Position numbers and translations under genes: made by a program. DNA of 64,000 nt. Source: Pseudovirgaria hyperparasitica. Lineage: Eukaryota. Positions 24,984-37,569 of the stretch are shown here, piece by piece (positions within the stretch are counted from its first letter, which is position 1; each line of letters starts with the position of its first letter). The notes beneath the pieces are model-generated. The model ran no database searches. It worked only from the letters and a program-made list of their open reading frames with translations, and was not told the origin of the DNA. Where the stretch lies: NCBI GenBank assembly GCA_010093815.1, contig ML996575.1; one strand, 5' to 3'.

Positions 24984-25774
24984 AGCGCTATGGCCGTGTT
25001 CGAATAGTCCTGACTGGCGTGTAAAGAGCGTGTATGGGAGGTGGTGTGGTGTGGTGTGGTGTGGTGTTTCTGAGGAGCCTGTGTTGAGGGGGTTGCATTG
25101 GGGATGAGGAGTTGGGCTCGGAGTTGTGTGGGTTGCGAGCGAGAGTGCACTGTGTCGGCGATATGTCGAGATGATGACGTTTAGGGACCTTGTCGTTCGA
25201 ATTTAAAACAGAAATTATCCGATTTATTGTCCGTGGTTTTTCTCACTTTTGTGCTGTGTGACTGTCGTATAGGTGATTTGTCTTGGGTCGTTTTAGTGTA
25301 GCGCGCGGCTTGGGCTGCTGCGTGACTTGCTATCGGATACCTTGGCTCGTAATATATGTGAGTGTCGGTATCGTGGAGTCTCTTCTGCGGTCTGGCAGTG
25401 CAATATATCGGACGTAAGAAGTACCGTAGAGCGATTTATAATGCCTGCAGGCAAACGGCCGGAGCGGGGGCTTCGGGGGATAAACGACCGTGGTTGGGGA
25501 TCCGAGGAGATATATAAGGTGGTTGAGCACCTAGATATGTTTAAAAACAGCTTTATATTAGCATGGTCTGCTTCTCAGTTATGAGTTTACGCTGCTGATT
25601 TTGACGTCAGTTCTCGCACTTCTTAGATCTCAGTCACGACATTGCCTCCGTCGGATTCCATCATTCCATGATTGGTAGATATACACTCCGTCTGGCACAA
25701 AATCCGAACATCCGTCCACTTTCTGAGCCTTCTTCTGAACTCATCAACGCATTTCCACCTACCATCCATCCAAC

Positions 25775-27089
25775 ATGTCGATCCCCGCAACCCGACGAGC
25801 CTTGACGATTCTCGGCCCCGGCGAAGTCGCCGTGCAAGAGCGTCCACTCTCCCCCACTCTCCGCCCGGACTACATGCTCGTCAAAACCGCCGCGATCGCG
25901 CTCAACCCAGCAGACTGGAAACTGCTCACGAGGCGACCGAACAAGGGCACGATCCTCGGCCTCGACTACGCCGGCACCGTCGTCGCCATCTCAGCCAACC
26001 CGACACATGACTTCGCGGTCGGCGATCGCGTCGCCGGCATGGTCTATGGCAACTACGTGTTCAACGCCGAAGACGGTGCGTCTGCCGACTACGTATATGC
26101 CAAGACGGGGATTGCGTGCAGGGTGCCGCCCGCGATGACGTGGGAGGAGGCGGCTACGCTGGGCGTGGGCGTCACGACGGTTGGGCAGGGGTTGTATCAG
26201 AGTTTTGGGCTGCCGTGGCCGGGGAAGGCGGAGATGGGGGAGGTGTTGGGGGGGAGGAGGAGCGTGCTGGTGTATGGTGCGAGTACGGCGACGGGGACGT
26301 TGGCGGTGCAGATGGCGAAGCTGTGAGTCGGTGTCGTTTCTCTTTGTGGTGGGGATGGATGTGATGATGTGCAGAATGGAGCGGACCGAGCCTTGTGGGA
26401 CGAGTGTATGCTGTGCATATGTTGGAGCCGGAAGGGGCTGAGACAGCATTGTCCTCACTTTGCACACCATATTGCTACCCCCTCCCTCTCCTCTTCCTCT
26501 ATCTCTTTTGAGTCTGCTCTGGTGTAGTGGAACTAGCTAAACATGCTCCAGCTCCGGCCTCGAAGTGATAGCAACATGTTCGCCGCACAACTTTGACATG
26601 GTCCGCTCTCTCGGCGCCGACGCCGTATTCGACTACAAGTCCCCCAGCTGTGGCGCCGACATCAACGCCTTCACATCCAACAGCCTCCTCTACGCGTTCG
26701 ACTGCATCTCCGAAGGTACCTCGCTGGCAATCTGCGCCGCCGCCCTGTCAACCTCGAGCCCTGGTGGCAATGGCATCACGCCAAAATACGGCGTCCTCCT
26801 TCCCGTCCCGGAGGACAAGTTCCCGCGTGACGATGTGAAGCCGGTGCTGACGCTGGGGTATAGTGCGTTTGGGGAGAAGTATCGGTTTCGAGGGGCGGAT
26901 TTTGAGGAGAAGGGGGATTATGTCTGGATTGAGCGGTGGTGGACTCATGTGCAGGAGCTGTTGGAGCGTGGGCTGATCAAAGCGCACCCGCCAGATGTGA
27001 GGGAGGGGGGACTGGAGGGTGTGGTGGCTGGATTGAAAGATCTCGAGGATGGTAAGGTCAGTGGGGTGAAGTTGGTATATATGTTATGA
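25775..27089 (+). CDS. Medium-chain dehydrogenase/reductase, trans-enoyl reductase-like (LovC/ToxD type)
   Basis: ALNPADWK, GLDYAGTV, VLVYGASTATG, ATCSPHNFDMVRSLGAD and GKVSGVKLV. One ~225-nt intron. Confidence 0.92.
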
Positions 27090-27431
27090 GGTTGGTTTGG
27101 GCAGAGTGAGATGGATGGAGCTGGCTGGGTCGGGGAGGTACGTAACGACATAGCGGAGAATGTTATGTGTGTCGCTGAGACATGGATGGTATATCCCATG
27201 CGCTTCTTACAGCATACGCATGTAAAAGCTATGCGAAGCCATGATTCTGCGACACGATATGCTTGAGCCAGTCTCCTGGACCCGGAACTGTCCTGCACAG
27301 ATCTGAAACGTCCTCGGCAATACACACATATACCAACGAACAACCAACCTCAAAAAAAGTCTAGAACGAACCTTACATTCCGCATAGACGGCCCATCTTC
27401 TCATCGACACTCGCGCCCACCTATTAACAGA

Positions 27432-27944
27432 ATGCCCGGGCTCCAGCACATCCTCACAACCCTCGTTCTACTCACCCACATCTCAACAGCCACGACCGCA
27501 TCTCCAATACCCAACCACACCACCTCCAATCCATCACCACGTCCCAGCATCCCCATAACAGCCCTCGTATTCGACCGCGCCCCTGGACCAAAGTCCTGTC
27601 GAGGAACCCTCGTCTCTAGCATCACGCTGACGCGCCCGTCCTCCCAGCACAGGAACGGCACATGTTACGACATGCATCACGCAGCACAATGCGGTGTCTT
27701 CGTTGCCAACAAAGCAGACGCGTGCGAGGCGAGACTGTACAGTATGTCTGGGTGTCCCGAGACGCTGCAGGAGGCCTATGTCACGACGGTGGTGTTTGGA
27801 CCAGATAGGACGGCGCGTGGAGGGCTGTGGGTTAGTATACTTGTGAGGTGTGGAGTTGAGATTGATGAGGGAAGGCTAGAGGAGGAGCAAATGCTGTTGC
27901 ATGATGTATTTGGAGACTATGTTAAGGATGGCGGTGGGCGATAA
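27432..27944 (+). CDS. Small secreted cysteine-containing protein
   Basis: Signal peptide followed by 6 Cys (SCRG, CYDM, QCGVF, CEARL, GC, VRCG). Single exon, 170 aa. Confidence 0.7.
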   Translation: MPGLQHILTTLVLLTHISTATTASPIPNHTTSNPSPRPSIPITALVFDRAPGPKSCRGTLVSSITLTRPSSQHRNGTCYDMHHAAQCGVFVANKADACEARLYSMSGCPETLQEAYVTTVVFGPDRTARGGLWVSILVRCGVEIDEGRLEEEQMLLHDVFGDYVKDGGGR

Positions 27945-28293
27945 AGGGGCTGTGATGCTATTGGTGATGCATTATCGAGTCCACGGTGTTTGCTTTTTCC
28001 TATGGGATCGCCCAGAAAGATAAATACGAGCCATCTCCGAAGTCGCAGCGCCACGGGAGTCTTGGCATAGGAGGATCGAAGGACTTGCCTAATCTGGCAG
28101 TTCCGTCCCCCGGTTTTTTGAGTTATCAGATCCTGCATCTAATCTACATAGATTGGGTACGTTGGCCGATTCGGCGACATACACACACACACGCGACACC
28201 AATATCTTTGTGCCTTTTGGTGGCCGTGAGGCTGAGTAAGTACTGGAAGTGTCCTGTAACGTACAGAGAGAACTCTCTGGCAAGCTTTGTGCC

Positions 28294-29958
28294 ATGGCTT
28301 CTGTATTTCATAATGGGCGCATTGTGACCTTCGAGGGAGAAGGCTCAAATTTAGTTGAGAAGTTTGTGGACTGTATGATTATCAAAGATGGTATCATCAC
28401 CTACATTGGAGAGTATGCAATGGTACCGCAATCAGACTTGTCCAGCGCCGCCTCAATCACGGATCTGGCTCAAAAAACAGTCGTCCCAGGTTTCATCGAT
28501 GGGCATATGCATCTCCTTATGCTCGGTCAGTCACTGACCAAACTCGACCTACTACATTGCAACTCCCTCGAAGATATCCGCGCAACCATAAAAGCATACG
28601 CCATCTCTCACCCCGACGAGCCACGTATCATGTGCAAGTCCTGGCTCCCGAGCATGACCAACGACCTCGCCCATAAGAATATGCTCGACGACATCGACCC
28701 CAGGCCTATCTTTATCGACAGCAACGGTCTGCACTCAACATGGTGCAACACCGCAGCTCTCGCCGAACTGGACATCAAAGACATGCCCGACCCCCCAGGC
28801 GGCACGATCCATCGTGACGAAAAGGGCGAGCTCATCGGCCTCTTGAGCGAAGCAGCAAACATCAACCTCGTATGGCCATATCTCTCCCGCGTGTCCAGCA
28901 TGCCGAAAAAGGTCGCCGCACTTCGCAGCGCTCTCCGCGCATACGCTGCAACCGGCTACACAGGCTTGGTCGAAATGGCCATGGACGACGCCGCATGGGA
29001 AGCGCTCCAAGCTCTACGCGCCGAAGAAGAGATCCCAATGCGTATCTCCGCATACTGGCTTATTCTCCCCAAGCCCACCGAAGCAGAAGACCTGGCCCAA
29101 GTCGACCACGCAATCGAAATGGCACGCCGCTTCAGCAAAACCACCTCGCCAAACTGCCGCATCATAGGCATCAAGTGCATCACCGACGGCACCGTCGACA
29201 CCTGCACCGCCGCCCTCAGCGAAACATACGGCCAAATGACCTCCCTCACCGACCCCCTCTGGCCCGAAGAAAAGCTCATCCCAGTCGTCAAGCGCGCCGC
29301 AGCCGCAAACATGCAGATCGCCCTACACGCCATCGGCGACAAAGCAGTCACAACCGCCATCAACGTGCTCCGCGACCACGCTTCCACCCCCGGCCCCGAC
29401 GCCGCACCACCACGCCACCGCATCGAGCACCTCGAGCTCACCACCCCCGAAGACGCAGCCAGACTGGGCCTCCACGGCATCACATCCAGCATCCAACCCG
29501 TACATGCCGACCCCTCGATCCTGCGCGCCTGGCCCGCGCTCATCGGCCCAACACGCCTCACCCGCGCCTTTGCATACGCCGAGTTTGCCGCCGGGGGCAG
29601 CGTGCTGAGTATCGGGAGCGATAGCCCGACTGCGCCGTTTGACCCGCTGGCGAACATGTATGTTGCCACGACGCGGAAGACGGCGCGGGCAGGGGAGCTG
29701 GCGAAGCCGGAGGCGGAGAGAGCGGCGCCGGTGAATGAGGGGTTTCGGTTGGGGCTGGCGGCGGCGTTGGCGGCGGCGACGTGGGGGAGTGCGTGGAGTG
29801 TTTGTGAGGAGACGAGGGTGGGGAGGTTGGCGGTTGGGTGGAAGGCGGATTTTTGTGTGGTTGATTTGGAGTGGAGTGGGGAGAGGTTGTTGGAGGGGAG
29901 GTTGTGGGAGACGTGGTTTGAGGGGAGGAGGGTTTGGAGGAGGGAGGGGGGAGTGTAG
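28294..29958 (+). CDS. Amidohydrolase family 3 (YtcJ-like) metal-dependent hydrolase
   Basis: PGFIDGHMH, HSTWCNT, IKCITDG, HAIGD, HRIEHLE, QPVH and GSDSP. Intronless. Confidence 0.93.
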   Translation: MASVFHNGRIVTFEGEGSNLVEKFVDCMIIKDGIITYIGEYAMVPQSDLSSAASITDLAQKTVVPGFIDGHMHLLMLGQSLTKLDLLHCNSLEDIRATIKAYAISHPDEPRIMCKSWLPSMTNDLAHKNMLDDIDPRPIFIDSNGLHSTWCNTAALAELDIKDMPDPPGGTIHRDEKGELIGLLSEAANINLVWPYLSRVSSMPKKVAALRSALRAYAATGYTGLVEMAMDDAAWEALQALRAEEEIPMRISAYWLILPKPTEAEDLAQVDHAIEMARRFSKTTSPNCRIIGIKCITDGTVDTCTAALSETYGQMTSLTDPLWPEEKLIPVVKRAAAANMQIALHAIGDKAVTTAINVLRDHASTPGPDAAPPRHRIEHLELTTPEDAARLGLHGITSSIQPVHADPSILRAWPALIGPTRLTRAFAYAEFAAGGSVLSIGSDSPTAPFDPLANMYVATTRKTARAGELAKPEAERAAPVNEGFRLGLAAALAAATWGSAWSVCEETRVGRLAVGWKADFCVVDLEWSGERLLEGRLWETWFEGRRVWRREGGV

Positions 29959-30816
29959 GTTGTAGGGTGGTGGTGGAGAGGGGTGGAGTGGGATTGTTCT
30001 GGTTTGTGTCTGTGTATACGCGCGTTGTGCAGTCATGGTCATAACAGTGGACAGTTTCCTCGGGATTTCTTTGTGCGTCGTCTCTTGGCCGACGAATACT
30101 TAAGGTATCTGTCCATCCAATTCACTAGACACCCGTCCTATAGAGTTCCAAGCCACTCGAATACTTCATTCTACACAGGTTACGAAGAACCTCACAACCT
30201 GCTCAAGAGTTATCACATAAATCAGTTCATCATTCAGACCCCACAATCATATGCATAACATCAAAGCAGACTTACTCAAAAAACGACGAGCTTCATACTT
30301 CTCCTACGTTGCAACTTTCCCCCTGATTACTCACTATTGAACTTTGTTCAAGTAACTCAGTCGTACACATATCGAAATGCATAATCGCGTGGCATTTGTA
30401 GATATAGTCCCACAAAGCCGTATCACATCGCATCATAGTTCCAACTCAAAGGATCATTTCTCTAGGGACATCCTACTCGTCAATCGTCTTGTTATACCTG
30501 TCGAGAGTCAATGAAGCCATGATAAACTACATTTATTGTAGCCTGTTTGCCAAGCAGAAAAGTGCTATGGAATGCTCGGTCCTTGAAAACAGACAACACA
30601 GCCACTTCACTTCGCGTCAATCCGAGGTTTGGAATGCGAAGTCGGTGGCGATTGGATTTAGGCACCCGAGTATCATGGTGTATATATGTATCGCATTTCT
30701 TCGGGCAAACAGTGCTTTATCATGCTTTATCATATAACAAGGCTTTACAGCATTGTGAGCGGCGCATTGTTCATTATTCCATCGCCCTGTTCTCCGTATC
30801 CAAAACATCATCCCGA

Positions 30817-31863
30817 ATGCCGTCATCAACGTTACCCAACGATCCTCCATGGTCCGGACGGTTTTGGACTACCAATGATAAAAACCACCTGCTGGCGCTA
30901 CCCCCCGAAGTTCTCCTCATCATCCACGCCCACGTCCCCGGCCACGTGCAAGAAGCTTTCCGCCAAGCCTGCGCGAAACCCTACCATGTATTCAGTTTTG
31001 CGTCCTTCGCCCGCACCAGTACACGTCTAAGACTGAACCTCCACCATGAAACAGGCGACCGCGCAGAAGGCTTGCTTGCCGAACAAAGACTGTTCAAGGA
31101 GGCTCTGAAGAGAGATTTATGGTACACGGGACCTGTTCGCAACGAACGACGTCGGGAGGCGCATATGGGGCGCGAAAGGTGTTGTTCGACGTGTCTGCAG
31201 ACACATGACCGGCAGTTCTTCACAAACGCGGAGATGGAGAAGGATCCGGGTGAGAGGCGGTGTGTGGGCCAGCAAGGAGACCTCGTAGTCGTGACAGGAG
31301 GGGACACCACGATGATGAGAATAGGAGGAGATGACAAGCCCCTGACCTGGGCGAAAATGGTCAAACTGGATTTCCAGGACCCAGTCGACAGGGTATCGTC
31401 TTATCGATTGTTTGCATGGCCACCGAGATCACAATCGACATACAGTAGGGAAGAAGCGCCGGAAATCACGTACACCAGGTTGGATGGATACAAATTGTCC
31501 TTCCGTCGAGTCCTGTATGTTTCCATCACGGATGGTAGCACGTCGTACGATCAGGACGTTCAATGGCAGCATGTACAGGAACCTGCGCCGCATTACATAT
31601 GTCCGCACGTTGCACTCACGGCGGAGTCCTTGACGGAAGGCTGGCCTCTGCTGCACTCGCCTTTTGGTCGAGAGTGTGCAGTCAGGCGCTGCAGCACAAA
31701 GTGGTGGCTTGAGAGATTAGACGTTGACGGAGGTTCGAGGAAGGAGATAGTTCTCAAAGTAGAAAGAGGACTAGGAAAGGGCCCGACCGATCCGAAGTGG
31801 TTGGCACAGCTCAGATCAGACCAGGGGGATGTGCAATACCGTATCAGTCAATTGATCAGATGA
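30817..31863 (+). CDS. F-box-like domain protein
   Basis: LLALPPEVLLII F-box-like start, a CSTCLQTH-...-RRCVG Cys/His cluster, ICPH and C-terminal DPKWLAQL. Confidence 0.6.
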   Translation: MPSSTLPNDPPWSGRFWTTNDKNHLLALPPEVLLIIHAHVPGHVQEAFRQACAKPYHVFSFASFARTSTRLRLNLHHETGDRAEGLLAEQRLFKEALKRDLWYTGPVRNERRREAHMGRERCCSTCLQTHDRQFFTNAEMEKDPGERRCVGQQGDLVVVTGGDTTMMRIGGDDKPLTWAKMVKLDFQDPVDRVSSYRLFAWPPRSQSTYSREEAPEITYTRLDGYKLSFRRVLYVSITDGSTSYDQDVQWQHVQEPAPHYICPHVALTAESLTEGWPLLHSPFGRECAVRRCSTKWWLERLDVDGGSRKEIVLKVERGLGKGPTDPKWLAQLRSDQGDVQYRISQLIR

Positions 31864-32483
31864 TCAATGCCCCCCTCGGTGATCATTTGACCGGTTTGGG
31901 TGTCTTTTTGGGTGGTGCAGTTATACACACCTTTTGGTGTCTGGGATTAGATTTTTCCTTGAATCAGACTTGTGACTTACGGATGGGTAGACACAGGATT
32001 TCAAATTCCTTCTGTTTTGACTTACGAAGACTGTCTGGTCGGTACTGAACAACTGATATTGATTGCGATTAGTTAACCCATAGTACGTAGTATTTTGAAT
32101 ATAGATCATCATTGTTGTGTGAAATAAGTATGAGCAATGTCTGCACATTCTCTGACCCGACAATGTTTTATACCACGCATATTCTGCTGCTACATCTAGA
32201 GTATGTATTCAAAGTCTACATGTATGTCTGAGGGTGTCAAAGCTACTCGGTGTCGTAATGTCAGCCCAAGCTGATACCTGTCGAAGCTACGCTACGTAAG
32301 TACCAAGCTTTCCTACAAGGAGTCAAAACAAGCTTTTCCACGCGGCAAAAGTGGGGTCAGCAACGAGGTAATAATATATAAACAGCCAACCCATCCATCC
32401 TCCACAACCTCAAGCTACACACACCTAAAACAACAACAACATCTCCTCCCTCCCAAACAACACCATCAACCTACCAACCCACA

Positions 32484-33302
32484 ATGACCACCACCTCGCC
32501 CCCGCCAGCAAAATACCTCCACGGCCACCACCCCTCCGTCCTCAAATCCCACTCCTGGCGCACCGCCCAAAACTCCGCCGCCCACCTCCTCCCACACATC
32601 ACCCCCAACGCCCACATCCTCGACATCGGCTGCGGGCCCGGCACCATCACATGCGACCTCGCCGCCCTCGCCCCCGCCGGCCACACAACCGGCCTCGACG
32701 CCTCGCCCGCCGTCCTGACCACCGCCCGCGCCACAGCCGCCACCCGCCACATCCCCAACATCTCCTTTGCCCAAGGCGACATCTACGCCCTGGCCTACGC
32801 CGACGCCTCCTTCGACGTCGTGCACGCCCACCAGGTGCTGCAGCACATTGGCGATCCGGTCCGGGCGCTACGCGAGATGCTGCGTGTGGCGAGGAAGGGC
32901 GGGGTAGTCGCTTGTCGGGAGGCGGATACGGCGGCTTCGGTGTGGTGGCCGCGGAGCAGGGTGATGGAGGATTGGCGCGACACGTATGTGCGGACGGCGG
33001 AGGGGAGCGGGGGGAGTCCGTATGCGGGGCGGATGCTGGGGGTGTTGGCGCGGGAGGCGGGGGTTGAGGGGGAGAGGGTGAGTGTGGGTGCGAGTGCGAC
33101 TTGTTATGCGGGGGCGGATCGGAGGTGGTGGTGTGAGATGTGGGCGGAGAGGATGCAGGGGGAGTTGAGGGGGAATATTCTGGAGGGCGGGTATGCGACT
33201 GTTGAGAGGCTGGATGAGCAGGTGAGGGTGTGGAGTGAGATGGCGGGGGATGAGGATGCGATGTTTACGATGGTGCATGGGGAGATGATTGTGAAGGTTT
33301 GA
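32484..33302 (+). CDS. Class I SAM-dependent methyltransferase (UbiE-like)
   Basis: YLHGHHPSVLKSHSWRT, ILDIGCGPG (motif I) and SFDVVHAHQVLQH. Intronless. Confidence 0.93.
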   Translation: MTTTSPPPAKYLHGHHPSVLKSHSWRTAQNSAAHLLPHITPNAHILDIGCGPGTITCDLAALAPAGHTTGLDASPAVLTTARATAATRHIPNISFAQGDIYALAYADASFDVVHAHQVLQHIGDPVRALREMLRVARKGGVVACREADTAASVWWPRSRVMEDWRDTYVRTAEGSGGSPYAGRMLGVLAREAGVEGERVSVGASATCYAGADRRWWCEMWAERMQGELRGNILEGGYATVERLDEQVRVWSEMAGDEDAMFTMVHGEMIVKV

Positions 33303-33767
33303 GGGCTTGAAGGCTTGAAGGCTTGAGAGGGTAAGGGGTAAGTCTTGCTACTTGGAGGACTGTCTTTTGATATAGATAGCTCTCACCACATACGAGTGTC
33401 GAACGAATAGCCGGTACACCATTTTACTCTGTATATACTTTCAGGACACCATTACTTTCCAACTTGACCACAAGAGACATCTTCTTAAGCTTAGGTGTGA
33501 ATTCATAAGTTATGCTATGGTACGTCTGCGTTGCAAGCAAGCTCTGGACTCTGAACGCTGCAAACGCATTCTAGCTTGAAATTACCCCAGCGCCCCCCAA
33601 CACCATGCATGCAACATGCTCTCCACAATCCCACGTTCCCCTTCATACAGCCTCAGTGGAAATAGCACGCCAGAACGAAACATCCACTCAGCCCTGCTCT
33701 GCCCCTTTCAATCCCCTCCATCAACCCCCTTCACCAACCTTTCCCACTCCCACCCCTATCACCCACC

Positions 33768-34322
33768 CTACAACCCCACCTCAACATGCACACCAGCAAC
33801 ATGCCCACACCCATCCCTCTCACACCGCCACGTCTCCTTGCCCCTCTCAAACGCCTGCCCATGCCCAACTTTCACGCTCTGGAAATCCGGGCAGGGGCAC
33901 ATGACGCAGCGCCAGCGAGATGGGCTGGTGGCATGCTCGGATGGAGAAGAAGGGGGAGAATTGGCGGATTGGTTTGGGAAGGTGAGATGGGTGTCTTGTT
34001 GGGGGTTGTTTGTTGTTGATGGTGGTGGTGGGTTGTGTGGGTGGGCTGATTGGGATGTTGTTCCGGTTCCGGGGGCGCTGAGCGTGGTTATGGGTGTGAG
34101 GTGGAGGATGTAGGATTGTGAGTGTGGAGGTGAGAGGGGTGTGTTGTTCTGAGGGTACGGTATGGTGGGAATGGGAGGAGTCGCTGGGGCTGAGATGGGA
34201 GCTGCTGCTGCTGCTGCTTGATCTTCGGGGGTCAGGCGAAGGAAGGAGTGCGGTGGTGGTGGTTCAGCATTGCGGGTATCCTTCTTCGGGCTCTGCGTTT
34301 CGTCTTTGCTTTGGTTAGCCAT
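33768..34322 (-). CDS. Hypothetical Pro-rich protein with C-terminal Cys/His cluster
   Basis: ATG-initiated 184-aa ORF ending in C-x2-C-x-C...C-x4-C-x-H-x4-H. Confidence 0.5.
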   Translation of the reverse strand: MANQSKDETQSPKKDTRNAEPPPPHSFLRLTPEDQAAAAAAPISAPATPPIPTIPYPQNNTPLSPPHSQSYILHLTPITTLSAPGTGTTSQSAHPHNPPPPSTTNNPQQDTHLTFPNQSANSPPSSPSEHATSPSRWRCVMCPCPDFQSVKVGHGQAFERGKETWRCERDGCGHVAGVHVEVGL

Positions 34323-34837
34323 GTTATTAGGCCGTGGGTGTGGTAGTCTCGAAGATTGATTTAGAAAAGGGCGGGCTACGCACTACCGACGAAACGATGT
34401 GTGCAGTATATAAGCGTAGTGGAATTTGCGAGAAAACAAGGCTTGGTCACACAGCACCATGCGGACCCATCACTAGAGTGTGAATCAATTCAGATTGGTT
34501 CAAACAGGGAATGTGTACGTCCGGAGTCAAGTCCGTGGAGTATAGCCTATGGGTCTATGTCAGATGTGTGACATTGGAGCTCATGTGTTGTCACTTGATT
34601 GTGTTACGATCAACACAATTCTTGTCCCACACACAGATTCTCGCTTTACCCAGCTATCGCTTAACCCGGTACGAGCAGGGCCCAGTCGTGAGTGAAGACT
34701 GCAGGTCCAAACCGTCGTCCACATATTGACGATTATCCATATGATTGTTTTAGATGAACCTTAGTGAGGAATCATCAGATAGTGACTTGAAGATGCTTTC
34801 GACTGTCATATTGACAATGCAAGCTCCAGTCTACAGG

Positions 34838-35786
34838 TCACTGGCTATAGGCACAGAGAGTGCTATAAATCACCACACATTGCTGGGATCAACGTGGAAG
34901 TCTTCACCGTTTTCACGAATGTGCTTCTTGTCTTTGTCTCTCGGCAGTGGCTTCCTCATATCAAATGCATCTTCGCCGTCATTGTAGTAGTTGACAACGC
35001 GTTTGTATACCGTGTATCTACAAACTGTCAGAACGTCGAAGGATTATCATTCGGTCCTAGTAGTCACTTACCCTAGCTTCTTATAGAGCTTGATTGCAAT
35101 CTCATTATCGGTCCTCACGAAGAGGTCAATGAACCAGCAATTTTGTGCTTCTGCGACTAACTCCAGGGCTTCCGAAAGCTTCGTGCCCAGTCCGATGCCA
35201 CGAGCCCACGACGCTACTGTGAGGGCTGTGATATGTGCGTGCCAAGGCAGGTAGTTCGGGTTGGTATTGGTATCAGGATCGTAGGGTGTAGGCGAGGAGA
35301 GGAACGGTGAAGATTCAATTTTACCCAGAACTACGACAAGAGTCAGCGAAGAGCTATAGAAGAATCGCAGTAGAACTCACGATAAGCAGCTACCCTGCCA
35401 TTTCTTGTCTTGACCACATTGCAGCACTCAGGCCATCGGTCCAGGTAGTCCATGTAGAATTCTGTCTGATATGTCTCGGTCAACGGATCGATGTTGCAGT
35501 CGCCGAACTTGAAGAGGTCCAATGCTTCCATCTGGTGGACTCCATAGCCTGGAGGCATTGGCTTGAGGTGCTCCCATGACGTGCCCTTTAAGGGATTATA
35601 GGGCTCTTCAGCTACTTTCGACTTGTCGATCTTGACTCTCCGAACCACGGGAAACCAGTTCTTGTCTACGTCGTAGTGGGTTTCGTATTCGTCGCTGTCG
35701 TCTTCTGGACCGCCGGTGGGAAGAGGCTCAGGTATAGGGCTGTACTCGGTGGGGAAGCTATAGTCACGAGTATCCGAGGTGGACAT
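34838..35786 (-). CDS. NAT3: N-terminal acetyltransferase B catalytic subunit (Nat3/Naa20)
   Basis: NIDPLTETY, FY--YL--WP, WHAHITALTVA, FIDLFVR--N, Y-VYKRVVNYY and EDAFDMRKPL-RD. Two introns. Confidence 0.93.
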
Positions 35787-37569
35787 GTTGACGCGATTTC
35801 AAGAGAAGTGCAAAGTGTGTTGTCACGAAGCAAAAATTATGAAGCAACTGGACAAAAGGTTCAAGAACTGCCCCGCAACGCGACGAACCTACATGACGCT
35901 AGGGAGCAGTAGCAACGCTAGGCCATGAAAGGCAAAGCCCTGAGCCTGCAAGTACAAAGAAAGTATCTTACGCAGATAGGTCTGTCTTCTTCATGTCGCG
36001 TTGCCATGATCGCTGCAGGTCCGGATCTATTGGTCAAAGGAACAGACTTGAAGCTCTTTCAAGATATCACAAATTTGTAGAGGGACTGTGGTGCACTACC
36101 ACAGTGAGCATTGCTTAGAAGTAAATTCTGCTGCTTCTTATATCGGACATTGCGTTTCCACACAATAGTCATACCAGCGTGAACTTCTCGGTATTAGGCT
36201 TGTGAGATCTCAGGTACCTTGCTTTGGCAATTGATGCTAGAGCACGCAATGGTGGACTGCGAGAATGCGACCGACGATTGGCGATCCGAGTCCTTCTGAC
36301 ACCCGAGTAATGTTGAGACTGTAGTGAAGAGCACTATGCATAGAGCCTGTAAGTATAGTACTTTCATGTACATAGCGAGAAATTTATAAGAAATAGAAGA
36401 AATGTAATCGATAGCGTGAAGAGAATGGAGTGAAGGAAACGGTGGAATCAGGACAGGCTGTTGATCGTGATTATGTCCTGTAATCTCCTCCTGGCAGAGT
36501 TTGGGCCATGGCACATACTTTGACTTCAGTGACCTTATGATAGTTGCTGATAGACTTGACGAGAGAGGGAGCGCTGATGTCGGCGAAGCGTTGAAGTTTT
36601 CCACTCTTAAGCATTAAGCACCTAGGGAGTCGCAATAGGAGTACCATCAAGATACTGACAGATTCCTGCCTGAAGAAAGCCAATATGAGGGTACTGTATG
36701 GTGGATATGAGTGTTCCTTTTCTCGTCATTACAGGTGTAGCTAGATTGTCTATAGGATATGTGATGTCGTGATAGGAAGTCGAATGAGGACTGCTGAGGA
36801 GTGTTCTACGTCTGCATTCGCGTAGACCTTCGGACTCCAGGAACAGAGCGGCGCGCATACGATCAGTCAACAGACTAGACGTACCTACATTGGAAGGAAG
36901 CGTTGTCGTTGTCGAATTGCTCGACGATGTTCTGTGTAAGAGTTGAGGATGATTGATGATTGCAGTAATTATCGCAATGCTTAACAGCGGAGTCGCAGCC
37001 GAAAAACTGGCTGCTCTTTAGAGGAAGCGGAGTAAGCCTAGGGAGCAGGCCGCGGAGCCATCTTATGCCCGTCGGACGTCATTGCTTGACCTTCGTCATT
37101 CTCCTTTGACGACCTCCTATCCACTACTATTCACTCCACTGTTGTTGTGTGTACTATGTATGCCATGATATCCACGATCACCACCACTGTTCCACAGTTG
37201 GTGCAATCGGGATACTAGGATGCACAGCCCTTCCCGCCTCCCCATAGACTACACCGTCAAGTTTCCACAATTGCATGCCAACCGCCTCCCGGGCCCCCAC
37301 AGGTTATGCCATATTGTCCACTATATTGCGGCGCATATCCATCTCATTGGAAGACTACACCTGTTGTGTCATGGAGTCACGTCTTTTTTTGGCCTCGTCG
37401 TGTGTCGTACCATCTATCGCACATGCCGCGAGTCATAACTTCACCCTATGCGAAAAAGGGTCCACTGCCCAGCTCCGTGTCAGCCTTCCATCTTCTCCCG
37501 CCATGATGCCTCGTTCCTCGCTTGTTTCTTCTCATCGCGGTCCTTTGCCGCCGTCCAACATATGCGGCA

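Noticed and set aside
28872..30042. Long overlapping or antisense ORFs in GC-rich genes (also around 41.4-42.6, 46.5-47.2 and 55.0-56.4 kb)
   Set aside because: Shadow frames produced by extreme C/G codon skew, giving low-complexity Arg/Pro/Gly translations without motifs.
36194..37500. Several 60-136 aa ORFs between NAT3 and the HET gene
   Set aside because: No motifs, non-ATG starts in several and inconsistent frames. Treated as intergenic or an unrecognisable relic.
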